A DNA stretch of 60,000 nt from Camelus dromedarius (lineage: Eukaryota), in assembly GCF_036321535.1 (NCBI RefSeq), contig NC_087437.1:55306001-55366000 (forward strand). The letters are read 5' to 3'. Below are positions 1-12,616 of this stretch, piece by piece. The notes under the pieces were generated by a model. The model had not been told where the DNA came from, searched no databases, and saw only the letters and a program-made list of their open reading frames with translations. Every line of letters begins with the position of its first letter. The stretch's first letter is position 1. The translations under genes and the position numbers were made by a program.

Positions 1-1325
1 AACAAAAGTGGGGTTGGGTGGTAGCCCTTTGCTATTTGGAGAGGCTGTCAGACACCCTGCAAACACTCTCCGCTCTCCTTCAGCCCATCTTTTTCCTTCA
101 GCTTCTTGGTCTGGTGCAGCACTGAGTCTCCTGACAAGCCTGGCCCGTCTCCTCGGCTATGTCTGCGCTACACTGAGCACGGTGTTTGGAGAAGACTTGT
201 TATCAGCTGGGTCCTACCTGGCGGTGAGTGACAATCTGCCAGCTTACACCGAGCCTTACAAAATAGGCCTCTCCTTGGGAAATTCACGATGAGCAATGTT
301 CAGTAAGTCCCGTGATGCTGTAAATTCAGTGGAGGAGGGGCACCTCATGGCTACAGTCTCTGCAGCATCCTCGGGAGAAAAGTAATTTTTTTCAAGGAAG
401 TCGATGCCCTCGTTGTGCATCTATTCTGTAAATCTGAAGTTTTACAGGTTTCACTGGATGTGTTCCAAGCAGGATCAGAGGCACAGAGAGTATAATATTC
501 TTTCAGTATTTGAAGAGTATTTTGGAGGATCAGAACAGAATGGGAAAAGAGATTCTACTCATTCATTCATCCTCTTAAAAATTGTTTGGGTGCCAGACAC
601 AGTGCTAGGCACCAGGGATGCAGTGGTATATGACCCATTCCTGCCACAAGGAAGCTGGCAGACAGATTGAGCCAGTTAAGGTGTGGGGTGATAAGTTCTA
701 CAATAGTGCTGAGTGTGGGATGCGCTGGGGCCACCTCACCCAGTTCTGAGTAGCTCACAAATCCAGAGATGGGGATAAATATGCAAGGAAGTCATTGCAC
801 TGCTGTGGAGTAAGGGTTACATTCAAAGATTTTACAAAGTACCTGGAGCACTTTGCAGGGAGAAGTCCCTCGGCAAATAGTCACTGAAGGCCCGTGTGTG
901 CTGGGTCTATGAAGAACAAAACATACAGCCCTTGAAAGTTATCAAAGATATAGTCTTGAGTATTTATAGGTGGACTTTAAAATGTCTACACACAATTTCT
1001 TACTTATTACTCACTTAAAAGCTGCTGTAAGTGTAATGAAGGAAGAAAACAGGAATCTAGCAGATGATAAGATGGGGCTGTGATTTAGATGCAGCGGGGC
1101 ATCAAGGAATGCTTCCCTGTGCTTTATTTAAGTGAACACCCGATAATAGTAAGAATGGGAGAGATCCAACAGTGCATGTGCGAAGACCTGGGGAAGGGAT
1201 GAGCTTGGAGAGCTTGAGGAATTGGGAAAAACACGTTGTCAGGAAGGAGCGATCAGGAAGGGAGCCCCACTAAGGATGATTCTTCAAGCCCAGAGGGAAA
1301 AACAGGTCATTTCAAGCAGAAGGGT

Positions 1326-1328
<3 letters not shown>

Positions 1329-1384
<56 letters not shown>
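1329..1384. repeat. (CA)28 microsatellite
   Basis: Uninterrupted CA run. Confidence 0.97.
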
Positions 1385-1387
<3 letters not shown>

Positions 1388-4100
1388 CATGGTGTCCTGA
1401 GAGGACACACCGGGTCTGAGAGAAGCTCCATCCACACCCCTTGACTAGTGCGTTGGCCAGAAGCTCGGGGAGTGGCCAGAAATGAAGAAGGAGGGATTGA
1501 TTATATAGAGAGATACCATAGAAGCACTGAGGATGTTCTAAATTGTCTTTTAATTTTTAAAAATCATATCTATTTCCTCAACTTGTTCAATAGCTTGTAT
1601 GAGGAAGGCAGAGGTATGCCTTTTACGTCTCTGTATCCTGCCCCCACCTCCATGCTTCGTGAATGTTGATTAAATTAAATTCCATCTCGTCTTTGCCATT
1701 TTGTTCCCAGCTTGGATCCATGATCTGGAGTGGCTTTCACTTTGCAGTTCTCTGTACCTCGCAGTGACATGGCAGTATTTGCGACCTGCTCCTGCTTTCT
1801 GATGGGTGGGAAGGTTTCATCCAAAGGTGTGAAGGATGACTCACCCCATGACGCAGGTTATCTGCAGCTGCCAGTTGGGCATCTCTTACTGAGATCACAG
1901 AAATCTGAGGTTAGACCGCTTCGCCCAGCACTCAGGCTCAGAGGAGAAACTCATTAACTCCATTTAATTAAGGAAACCAAACACTTCCAAACCTACTTTA
2001 CTGTCAGCTCACTTCCCACCACCTCATTAATATATTTTTAAAAATTTTGCACCTTTAATGTGGTAATGATTGCCTTAATTCTTTCCGCATCAGAACTCCA
2101 TAGATCTGAGCTATTTAGCTAGGCAACAAGTAGAAAAATTATACAAGTGGTGGTCAGAATTCTTTGAACCAATATCTTTTGGTATTACTAAATATAACGT
2201 ATTTGGACTCAGTTTTCTGTGCGCAAGGTAGACAGAGGCAATATTTCAAGTTTACTTTTATACTATTGCAAATAATAAGAACATCTTAAAAAAATTTCAG
2301 AGCATTTTACAGTTTTCAAAAAGCTTTTACATTCATCAGTTGATTCTCATAAAATGCTGAACCCCAGTGGGCAGGTAGAATCATCTCAATTCGACAGATG
2401 AGGAAAGGTGTCTCAGGATGACAGTTACGTGAGTCGGGTCTCTTCCTCCCGTCCCTCTCCCTCCTCAGCGTGGTAGGGGGCTGACAGTGAGACACAGTTC
2501 TATCAGTAACAGACAGGGGTGCCTGATTCTCTGCAAACGATTATAAATTCAGCTTAGGACGTGCTGAGTTACATGGAGTAGAGAACCCGGAGCTGGATGC
2601 ATATCTGTATGGCTTTGTCTGTCAGCTACGCCAACATGTAAATGCTGTCTTTTCAACCTGGTGGGGATCAATGTTTTCCCTAAGTCGGAAACATCTCAAG
2701 TTTGTTCACAGGTAGAAAGTGGTCTCTTAATCCATCCTAACTATGTTCTTATTACCCACTGCTCTTCTCTTCAGGCTGACCCCCAACACAGACGCTGGTG
2801 TAGGTGACACTGATTTGGTAATGTGCTTTCATATTCTTACCGCATTCGATGCTCACGGCACTTCTGTGAAATGTGACTTCTTGTTTCTGTCCCATCACTT
2901 AGGATGGAGTCCCTGCTGAGGTGTGAGATTTATTCGATGGCAAGCAGCCGATAATGAGCACTGGGGGCTTAAACCTTGGACCACTGTGACTTATTCTATT
3001 GCTTCCAGAGCAGCTCCCCAACCCTCTTACTTTTCCCTCCACTTTGCTTTCCCTGTAGCCTCCTCATCTTTCTTTAGAAATCTCTGGGAACACTTCCTTC
3101 AGTCTTCCAACAAGACCTGGTTTCTAGGAAGGCTCAAACCTCAGTCATACGTATTTTACTGTGAATTTAGAACTTTGAGCTCCATCTCCTAAAGGTATGC
3201 GTATTTTCATATTTTTATTTTTCAGTCTACAGCTGTTGCACCTTCCCCCATGTTCTGTAACAAATACTTCTCGAGCACTTACTATGCTCCTGGCACTGGG
3301 ACCACGATGATGAACAAGCAGATATCACCCACGATCTCCTGGATGGAACATGTTGTGGCCAGAAAGCTGTTTTCTGTAAGTGGACTTCCGAGATCCACAA
3401 ACCTCATAGGCAACCATTTATCCCTACAATTTTAAAGAGTTCTCAGCCTTTAATTCTGGGGTTAGGAAAATTTAGCCAAACACTGCCCGGTGACATAAAG
3501 GCGATTTAAAAAAAAAAAGGAACATGTGACATCACGCACCAAAATGAAGAAGAGGAGGTTCTGCCATCCAGCTGAACATTTGATGTTACTGAAGATGTTT
3601 CTCCATCTCCCTGGGAACAGATAACATTTTGGCAAGTTCATAAGGATTTCTCCTCTTAATGAAGGGATTAACTTGGCATCTTATCACAGGACTAAACACA
3701 GGACCCAGGAAATAATACAAGTTTTATCTAGATTCCTACTGAAATTTTGGAACAGATCACTACACAATTGATTTGTGGGCATTTAAAAAAAAAGACACTG
3801 ATCCTTAGAAGTTAATGCAAGTTTACCACTAACAAGTCATGCTAGACACACTCCATTTCCTTTTCTGATTGTGCCACTAAATCAGTAAATAAGCAGGATG
3901 AGGAAATTTTAGTAACAGACTTCACATGGCTTCCTGTGATGTGATTGTGTACAAAATGGTGACATATGAGCAGAATCATGTCTTATTCACAGTTGGGTAA
4001 GAAAAAGACATTAAGAGACATCTTAAGGGTTGCTAACTGCTCTACATTGGCTAGAAAGAGGTCTCTGGTGATGAACAAAGCCCTTTTTCCTGGACAATAT

Positions 4101-4473
4101 TTTTTTCCAGTTATATATACCCACACATATATATATATATATATATTCTTTTTCAGGTTCTTTTCCATTATAGATTATTACAAAATGTTGAATATAATGC
4201 CCTGTGCTATACAGTAGGCCCTTGTTGTTTATTTTATACACAGTAGTGTGTATCTGTTAGTCCTCAACTTCTAATTTGTTCCTCCTCTCTTCCCTTTGGT
4301 AACCATGAGTTTGTTTTCTATGTCTGTGAGTCTGTTTGTTTTGTAAGTTAAGTTCGTTTGTATCATATTTTAGATTCCACATATAAGTGACATCATATGG
4401 TATTTGTCTTTCTCTTTCTGACTTACTTCACTTAGTATGATGATCTCTAGGTCCATCCATGTTGCCACAAATG
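4101..4473 (-). mobile_element. LINE-1 3' end fragment, 5'-truncated
   Basis: Typical L1 3' UTR/ORF2-end text (tagattccacatataagtgacatcatatggtatttgtctttctct...gtccatccatgttgc); TSD-like tggMcaatattttt at 4091-4104 and 4478-4491; internal (AT)n. Confidence 0.85.
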
Positions 4474-5802
4474 CTTTTGGCCAATATTTTTTATTCATGA
4501 CTTGAAAGGTTCTCTAGAAGAAGAGATGTCCAAATTTACAGATGACACCTAACTAAAATGAAAAGCAAATGCCACAGACTGGCACAAAAAGACAGCTTTG
4601 TACATACAGTGGAAGGAGCACTGGCCATGGAGGAAGGCTGCGTTGACCTTGCCTCTTATCTCTGACACCTATCAGCAAGGTCACGTTGAACAGGGATTAA
4701 TCCCTGACGGCTCAGTCTCATCATCTATAAAGAAGCAATATAGTCACTTGCCTTTTAAGTTCAATGAGTATTTAAAAAGAAGCCTAGTTTCAAGCTTAGC
4801 ATATTGTTTTTAATCTATTAATGCAATATCAGTAATAACAATGGAGCATTAGTATCTAAAACGGTCTAGAGCTTCTAGAACATAGGACTGAAACCAACAC
4901 AAAGAAATAAATCAGAACTTAAGGTATGCGTATGCTGGTGCTGTTGGGGGTATCAGGACTAAATTTATGACACTCAAAAAGCTTCTCAGAAGTACTCAGC
5001 ATACGCTAGGCACTTAAAAATGTGTGTTAATGATGGCTTAATTAGCTGTGTGTGAAGAGAAAAAACACAGAGGAGAACTGTATATTGACATTACATTTGT
5101 TTGATGTCTTCATATATGTGAAGGGCTGCTGTGTTGAGGAGAATATGTATTTATTCTGCATTGTTCTAAAGAGCAAGATCAGGCTGCGATCGGTGGGAGT
5201 TCAAGGGAAGGGAACTTGGGATGACATTCGAAAACTTCTGTAGCAGTAGAGCTTTCCTACAGCGGATCTGCGTGACGCGGCAGGCGGTGGACCTTCTGTC
5301 CGATGAGCTAGTTTCCCCTGGGTCCTGGCTGAAAGGAGGGCAGCTCTGGTGGCCAGGGGCGGGCTTCATTTGCACACCACCGTTGCTGAATGACAGTTTT
5401 GTACTGGCCACTGAGTCAAGTGCTGAGGGCCAAAGTAAAAGTATGTGGCCCCCATTTTCAATGAGATCACAGCTCAGCAAAAGAAGCCCCCAAGTCTCCT
5501 GGGGGTGGAGGCTGAGGAGGGCTTCTCGCAGGATGCCAACTTTAGGCAGAGGCTTGGAGGATTGGTAGCCTTTTCCAGGAAGGAGAGGATTCCATTAAAG
5601 TGCCAAGGTAAGAGGTATGAGACATCGTAATGTATCATCTGGAAGACAATTACTTCTGGGAGTAGACACCGCCAGGAAGGCAAGGGTTAGAGCATTAAGG
5701 ACTGACCATGCCTTGCAAGGTGCGTTGGGTCTCAAGTTCCTCCCCTCTGCATCTGCTGTATCATGTGCATGACCAGGTCAGAGCACGAATCCCACTGTAT
5801 TA

Positions 5803-5886
5803 TAATGGCTTATGGAGGGGCTCGTCCATGCACCATGAGCTCCTTAATGGCTTATGGAGGGGCTCGTCCATGCACCGTGAGCTCCT
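5803..5886. repeat. 42-bp tandem duplication (2 copies, 1 mismatch)
   Basis: taatggcttatggaggggctcgtccatgcacc(a/g)tgagctcct twice. Confidence 0.95.
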
Positions 5887-6149
5887 TGAAGACAGAGACC
5901 ATGTCTCATACATCCCGGTGTCCTCATGGCCTCCCCTGAGTTTGCCACAGCTTATATACTGAGTTAAGTCCTCCTGAATGAAAGAATAAATAAATGAAGG
6001 CAATACAGATCTCGTTTGAGGAATGAGTTCCGACCTGATTCACGGAGAGCTTTTGGATTCTTGTACGTTTCTGCAGCAGTGCTGAGTGCAACACCATGAA
6101 TTACTTCTAGGGAGCTACGTCTTCTGTGGGGTATTTCTGCTAATGCTAG

Positions 6150-6390
6150 TTGCTGGCATTTATTTAGCACACCTTGCGTGGGTACTGAGCTAAACACTTT
6201 GCACGCCGTTGTCATTTAATCGGCGCAACATCCCTCTGAGGTATGGAGACACTTTCCCCATTCTATAGATGAGGAAGCTAAGATTTGGAGAGGCTAGGCA
6301 ATCCACCCAGGGTCAGTCACCCTGCTAGGATGTGACAGAGCCAAAATCCGACCCAGATCTGCGGACTCCAGAACTTGTGTCTTAACCACC
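6150..6390 (-). mobile_element. MIR SINE
   Basis: tcatttaatc...ccccattctatagatgaggaagctaag...agagg...ccagggtca...gacagagccaaaatccgacccagatctgcggactccaga...tcttaaccac. Confidence 0.8.
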
Positions 6391-6733
6391 AGATTCTCCA
6401 TTGGTTGAGGCATGTTGCCCAGGGTGAGGCAGGATTAGCCATCGAGTCCCATCTCCTGGGAGAACCCCTTAGAACAGAGAGCCTTGTTTGGGTAAAAGAA
6501 TTTGAGCTCTCTGGAATCTTCTTGGCTCATAGTCCACTATAACCTCCTCTCTAGCACTGAAGGAAGGAGAGAGGTCCTTATGAACAGAACACCTTAGGAG
6601 GAGCTGGAGCATCTTGGACGATGGTAGAAACAACATGGAAGATCTCAAAATTGCAGTCAGTGTAGACTCCTGCCTTCCTGGATGGTGGTGAGGAGAGAGA
6701 TACACAGAAACAGAAGGAAGTGAAAAGATGAGG

Positions 6734-6734
<1 letters not shown>

Positions 6735-6769
<35 letters not shown>
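6735..6769. repeat. Poly(T)35 tract
   Basis: Uninterrupted T run. Confidence 0.95.
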
Positions 6770-6771
<2 letters not shown>

Positions 6772-7440
6772 CTTTGGGCTTTTTCAGTTTGGGAGATCTT
6801 TCAGGGATGTTTCTCAATGCTTTTCATTTAGACTGGGGACGTCTTTCATTTGGGAGTCCTTTGCTTCTGAGACACTCCCGAGCAGAGCGCATGTCCCCAG
6901 GTGAAGAGGTGAGGGATTCTGCACTCAGAACCCTTGCAGGTCCCCTGGCCTGACCAGTCTGCTGCTCTGGAGTGGGGAAAGAGGCAGGAACCCAGGGGAG
7001 ATGCTGTCTTCAGAAGTAAGCTGGTGTGTTTGGCTGACTTTTGCTTGCTGCCTGGGTCTGACAGATGGGGGTGGGCAGGGGGTTAAGGAACCTCAACAGA
7101 TGGCAGCAATCAGTGGGTGTTGGTAGCCATTTTCCCTAAGTGCTGAAAAGATGGTCACCTTGTGCCTGTCACAGTCAAACTCAACGCCCAGCTCCTCCGT
7201 CTTAGAACACAAAACAGTATACTCCTTTCTCAGCCTTCGGGAGGAATGTTTTCGGAGAGAGGCGGTATCTAGGGAGTATAAAGGCCGCCTGAGGTTCTGA
7301 TTCAGCGACGTGAATTCTCCCGCCCAGTCACAAGTCCCCATGTCTGCAAAGATTTGTTTGTCCGCAAGGACAGAGATAAAAGGCAACTTGCCGGAAACCG
7401 TCCCCTCCCTTCTGATTGGTAAGGGAAAAACATCCACGCA

Positions 7441-7454
7441 CTGCCATCTGGTGG
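7441..7454 (-). promoter_or_regulatory. CTCF core motif
   Basis: Reverse complement reads CCACCAGATGGCAG, a full match to the CTCF core CC(A/G)(C/G)(C/T)AG(A/G)(G/T)GGC(A/G)(C/G). Confidence 0.55.
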
Positions 7455-7887
7455 GAACTACTGGTCATTGCAGCTTGAATGAGAAGGTTCCCCCCACAAG
7501 CTCTGAGAAGGGGCCAGGCTTCCCTCCGGTTGGTTAATGAAGCAGCGATGAACAAAATACGGATCCTGCCCTTGAAGAGCTCCCAGCGTAATGGAAGAAC
7601 GTGACCTACTGCCAAGTAATTATAACTTGAAAAGCACCATTTTAAAAGTGAAAAAAGTGTGAGTTGTTAGTAGTCTGGCTGATGAGAAAGGACCATGGGA
7701 AAGAAGCTATAGACAGAAGCTGGAAGAAGGTCCGGCACCTGCCACTCTGGAGGGTCCCTTAGCTGACACGCTCATCCCTGCCCTGGTTTTAGACGTAACT
7801 ACATCCTGTCCTTCCTGTGACATGAGTCTTCGTATATTAGGTTCTAGATCTTTTTTCTGTCTTTTTAATTAATCAAAAGATTGTTAC

Positions 7888-8330
7888 TTTTTTTTTTATT
7901 TAAATACTGCAATTTTTAAGAGCAGATTTATGTTCACAGCAAAATGAAGAGGAATTTAGAAAGATTTCACATACACTCCCAGCCACCACACATGCAGAAC
8001 CTCCCCCATTACCCTCACCCCTCACCAGACTAGTACATTTCTTACTCTGATGGACCTCACTGACACGGCGTGATCAACCGACGTCCACAGTCTGCGTTAG
8101 GGTTCGCTCTTCGTGTTACACGTTCTGTGGGGGCGGGCAAATGTGTAGAGACACATATCCACTACTGCAGCATCATATAGAGCATTTTCACTGCCCTGAA
8201 AGTACTCCTGTGCTCTGCCTATTCACCCCTTCCCTACTCTTTGGCAACCACTGACCTTTTTACTGTCTCCAAAGTTTTGCCTTTTTCAGAGTATCATACA
8301 GTAATCTAGCCTTTTCAGATTGACTTCTTT
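7888..8330 (-). mobile_element. Old LINE-1 3' end (L1MC-like)
   Basis: Poly(T) then ttttaagagcagatttatgttcacagcaaaatga...agcattttcactgccctgaaa...ggcaaccactgacctttttactgtctcc, as in L1MC 3' UTRs. Confidence 0.75.
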
Positions 8331-10429
8331 CCTCTCCTTTTTACTAGAGCTGCTTGCAGTTCTGAAAACCTCATTTTATGGTAACCCCCATTTTATGAAT
8401 AAATTAACTTTCTTAAACTCATAGCTTATGTCCCCGAAGCCCGGCCCTCATTGCTAAAGGGCATATGTGGGAAGATGACTAAGGACCAGCCATCTCCGCA
8501 GCGTCCTTTAAGCATCCTTTGTCTACCGCCTGGCATATTAACTCACATTCAGTATCTACAGCATAAGAGCCATCCGTAACCCACAGACCATCTATGACGG
8601 AATTTTCAGAGGGCATCTTCTGGCTCTTACTAATGGCATGCAAATTGTTTCTTTCATTCTAAAACCTGCACTCTGGGAAAGTGTTCAAGAGCCTTCTGAC
8701 GAGTGGCTGAATGATGGAGAGCTGCAGGCCTTTCTGTTCTGTAAAGACACCTTGCCTCCGGGTGGCATTTGCCACCAGGAGAGAGATTTCAGTCCAAGGA
8801 CTGATCAGGAATGACTGGCTCTCTGATGGCCAAAGGCTGCTTTGCTGCACCAGCGTGGTTATCTTCCTGCCCTTTCTGATCTCCGCTTTCAGATGCAAAA
8901 ACACAAATTCCACCCACCCGACAGCATTTCCTCTCAGTCCTTCTCATGCTCCCTGTCTTTCCTCACGCCTTGCCCACTCTTTCTGCTCGATGGGGTCAGT
9001 TTGTTCTCACCTTCCCACACTAACTTCTCTGCTTCAAGCTTGTGTCCGGAACTGCCTCCTTCTTGCCATCTGGCAGTTGACATCTGCCACATCTTTCCAG
9101 CTCAGGCCCCCACCTTTTCTTGGAGGCTTTCACAAAAAGCTGTTCATGTCCCCTCAGACTTTTCCCAGTGCTTGATGGTTCACATGGTTGAACCACAACA
9201 TTTACGTCCACTCTTGCCTGCATCACTTGAGTTAATTGTTATTTTCCTGAGGACATGCTGGCCAGTGTCCTTTTAGGTACCCCTTGCCAAGTTCAATAAA
9301 CAATATCCGAGTGAATATCACATTTTAGAATGAGTGGGTTAGGGCTCGTCTCTGTTTTATTAGAGAAAATGGAAAAGAAACAGCCTATAGCCCTGGATGC
9401 AGAGCAGCAAGGCGGTGGGGGAGGGGGGTCTCTGCTAGCTCGATGTTATGTGAACACCCACGCCTCAGTCTCACTCATTTGTAACGGCTGGTTTCCATGC
9501 TTGTCTCTCTTCCTGAAACTCTCAACTCCCTGAGGGAAGAAGGTTTCCGTGCTTGGCTTGGAAACTGGCTTACAGCACATGATCAATAACTACTTATTCA
9601 ATGGATTTTCACTGTATTTATAAGAACCCATATGGATATGAAAGACATTTGGACCCTCGGTAAAGTTTCCTTAACACCAGATGGTCACATTTTTTTTTCT
9701 GGAATAATTTTGAAAATCAGTAAGCTGGTGAACACCATGCAGTGCTGGTCACATAATTACCCAGGGTTGTTCAGCTGCCTCCGTAGCTCCCTGAGGGCGG
9801 GGATGAGTGGGTGTTGATGGAGAGAGCTGGGGCTGGACGTTGTGACATCTGTATTAGTGCCCTGGCTCTCCCAGTTTCTGCACACATGACCCCAGTTTAG
9901 TCACCCATCTTAGAACCTCAATTTTCCCATTTGTGAAATGAGGAAATTGATTTTCCAGGACCTTCCATCTCTGACAATGCCATGGATTTCTTTGGCTTTG
10001 TCTCAGGTATCAAAAAAGCCCCCATCTTTGGATTGAAACTGCTGAGTAATTTTAATTAAGAAAAGTCCAGTGTTGGCTCCCATTCTTTTCTTAAAATGAC
10101 TAGGCAAAGATCAGTGTAAATAATTCAAATGGCAAGTGTACCTCCAAAATGAGTCCCTTAGTGCTGTGGGTCCTTGGGGCCCAGCGAGTTTGAGCGTTCA
10201 GAAGAGCAGGCGGGTCCTGCAGCTCCAGGACACTGTGTTGTTAGGCGCTCACTGATGCAGAAGAAGCCGATTTGACTTGAGAGACATTCCAGCACCAGTC
10301 TTCTCACTTCATAATGTAAGGACGTTGGAGATGTATTATGAAGAGTCAAAACTGGCCCTAAATATAGCTAAAACCAAGGCATTGCAAAGGGCTTTAGAAT
10401 AGGGCACTATGTTGTACCTAGTTACTAAT

Positions 10430-11200
10430 CTTGTTAAGCTCCCTTGGTTGTGAGAAAGGGCAACTCACTCCAGGTAGATCAAGTCATGAAGGATTATTGT
10501 TATTTTTTTTAGCACAGGGAACTATATTCAATATCTTGTAGTAACCTATGATGAAAAAGAATATATATATATGTGTGTGTGTGTGTGTGTAACTGAATCA
10601 CTATGCTGTACACCAGAGACTAACACAGCATTGTGTGTCAACTGTAATTCATAAAAAAAGAAATCAAAGATGAAGCATTAATTTTAAGGCTACGCACATG
10701 TGGAAACAAGCCTCTGGATTGCCTGGAAGCCAGGCAAACCTTACCCATCAGGCCTCACAGTGCCTGGAGTGGGCAGGTGTTCTGGACCCGCCAGACCGAC
10801 CTAGACCTGCCCCAGGGCCACACCTCCCATGACCTTGGGCCTCACCTTCGGTGCAACTCAGCTACCATCAGTTCTGCTTCTCGTAGAACTGACTCTTTTC
10901 TCTTCATGCTGCCCAGCTTCGTCACTTAGTCCTTATTACAAAGTCTGGAGAGATGTAATCTGATGGCTGTGTCAATTACCAGGGCGGCTGGGTGTGGAGA
11001 TTGCTTGCTTCAAGTTGCTGATTCGCCTATATTTTGGCAACCCCTTGGGACACGGGCACTTCCGGGTCTAATCAGCTTCAGCCAGAAGCAGGTTCTAGCC
11101 TATACACATACCTGCTCCTAAACCTGGAGGGAAACTCCATCACTCAGTGAAGACGGCATGAGGGCAGCTTCCTTTACAAAGGACTGTCTGATGGTGAGGC
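10430..11200 (-). mobile_element. Old MaLR (MLT1-like) LTR interrupted by the L1 at 10511-10662
   Basis: cttggttgtgagaaagggcaactcactccaggtagatcaagt...gagagatgtaatctgatggctg...tctaatcagct; heavily diverged. Confidence 0.4.
10511..10662 (+). mobile_element. Short LINE-1 3' end with internal (AT)n(GT)n
   Basis: agcacagggaactatattcaatatcttgtagtaacctat...aactgaatcactatgctgtacaccaga followed by an A-rich tail; degenerate TSD atgaagSatta on both sides. Confidence 0.8.
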
Positions 11201-11589
11201 CGTCACATCTGCTCCACTAGGCATGTTCACTGGGTGACGAGAACACCTAAGAAGAAGCTGGATTTCTACTCCACTTCTTTGCACAGCTATCTTAGGACAG
11301 TGGTATCAAACGTGGCTCAGATCACCCTATAGGGGAGAAACACAACAAAGGAACATGGCATATATTGGGACAAAAATTTTCAGTTAAGGAAAATATTTCT
11401 TCTGACCGTCAGAGCACAACACAGATGGGGTGGGAGTTTATATCAGATGGTGAGTTTACGGTCCCCAAACTTTTACAAATATCATCCTTAGCACTGATTG
11501 GGCATATATGTGCCCGGCATTGGCTACTATTGTTTCAGATAAATATTTCATTTCTCCTCATCTTGTTGTCAGTCGAGATCTGTTTAATT

Positions 11590-11990
11590 CCAGTTCCCTA
11601 GAAGCAGAAACCAAGACGGGATCTGAGTACACACGGTTCATCGAGGGCGTGCTCTGTCGAACAGATTTCCAAGAGAATGAGGAGAGCAGCACAGTGCAGG
11701 GGAGAGCCGAGCAGCAACGTGATCTCAGGTGACCTCGAGATTTGTTCTGATTCGGGGGTGGTCTGACGTATAATTCACACTGGAGAGCAGTGCCAACTTG
11801 AAGCAAGAGGCCTGGGCTTCTTGACTCCTGGATCTGCCAGTCACTGAATATAAGAGGTGAGGGATGGGATGACCTCTCAAGTGTCTCTGGGAGGTTGAAA
11901 ATCAAGTGTGTAAGCTGTTGGTTGCATCACCTGCGGGGCTGGACTGCAAGAGGGTGTACCAGCTGGCAAATGGGATCTAGGTGGGGCACG
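11590..11990 (-). mobile_element. Old ERVL-type LTR (LTR33/LTR16-like)
   Basis: gttccctagaagcagaaaccaagacgggatctgagtacacacggttcatcgagggcgtgctct...gggatctaggtggggcac resembles ERVL LTR33/16 consensus. Confidence 0.5.
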
Positions 11991-12616
11991 AGTCGCCTCT
12001 ATTCAAGGACCCCCTTGAGTCTACTGCAGGCGGCTTGACTGCAGGCAACTCAGACTCTGCTACTGTCGACCACAGAGGAGCTAACTGGAAGGTTTAGAAG
12101 GCTGACTGATTCAGGAGAAGTAGCAGGAGCAGATTTGGACGATTGGCAGAAGTCAAAGCAGCCTTAGAGCGCCAAGTGGACCTCTTAACAGCCCAAGAGG
12201 ACCAAGTCTTAGAAGACGCTCAGTGCGGTGAGGGTCTTTCAGCCGTAACTGACCAGCCAGGAAAGCACCGTGTCCAGATGCCACTGGACCCTGCCAAAGC
12301 AACTGGCAGTCGATCCTATCATCCTTCCAAAGCCAGTCCTCTGATTAGAAGCACTTGTTGGCCAAATCTAGATCATATATCCATTAACCAAATGAGAGGG
12401 AAACTCTTTTATTTCTTGAGTGGGAAGAAGGCATTTCATCTCATCCATAACTCACATCGTGGGACATTCTTCAGAAATAGGAAGAAAGGTTGGGTGCAGA
12501 ACACCTCCTGAAAACCTTGCGAAACGAATTATTGTTACTCCCATTTTCCCCGTTACAAAAACTGAGGCCCAGAGAAGTAACTTCATTCATTGATTCAGAG
12601 AGGTTAAGACCCTTTC

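Noticed and set aside
2775..2817. Possible micro-exon (tcttctcttcag|...ttg|gtaatg)
   Set aside because: Weak donor and no other support; such matches are common by chance.
7455..7475. CTCF upstream (M2) motif next to the 7441 core
   Set aside because: A TGCAAT-like sequence is present, but its spacing looks 1-2 bp longer than the spacing I recall as typical.
8711..9276. Overlapping 154-aa and 144-aa ORFs
   Set aside because: Ser/Leu/Pro/Cys-rich translations of pyrimidine-rich DNA with no recognisable homology or exon structure.
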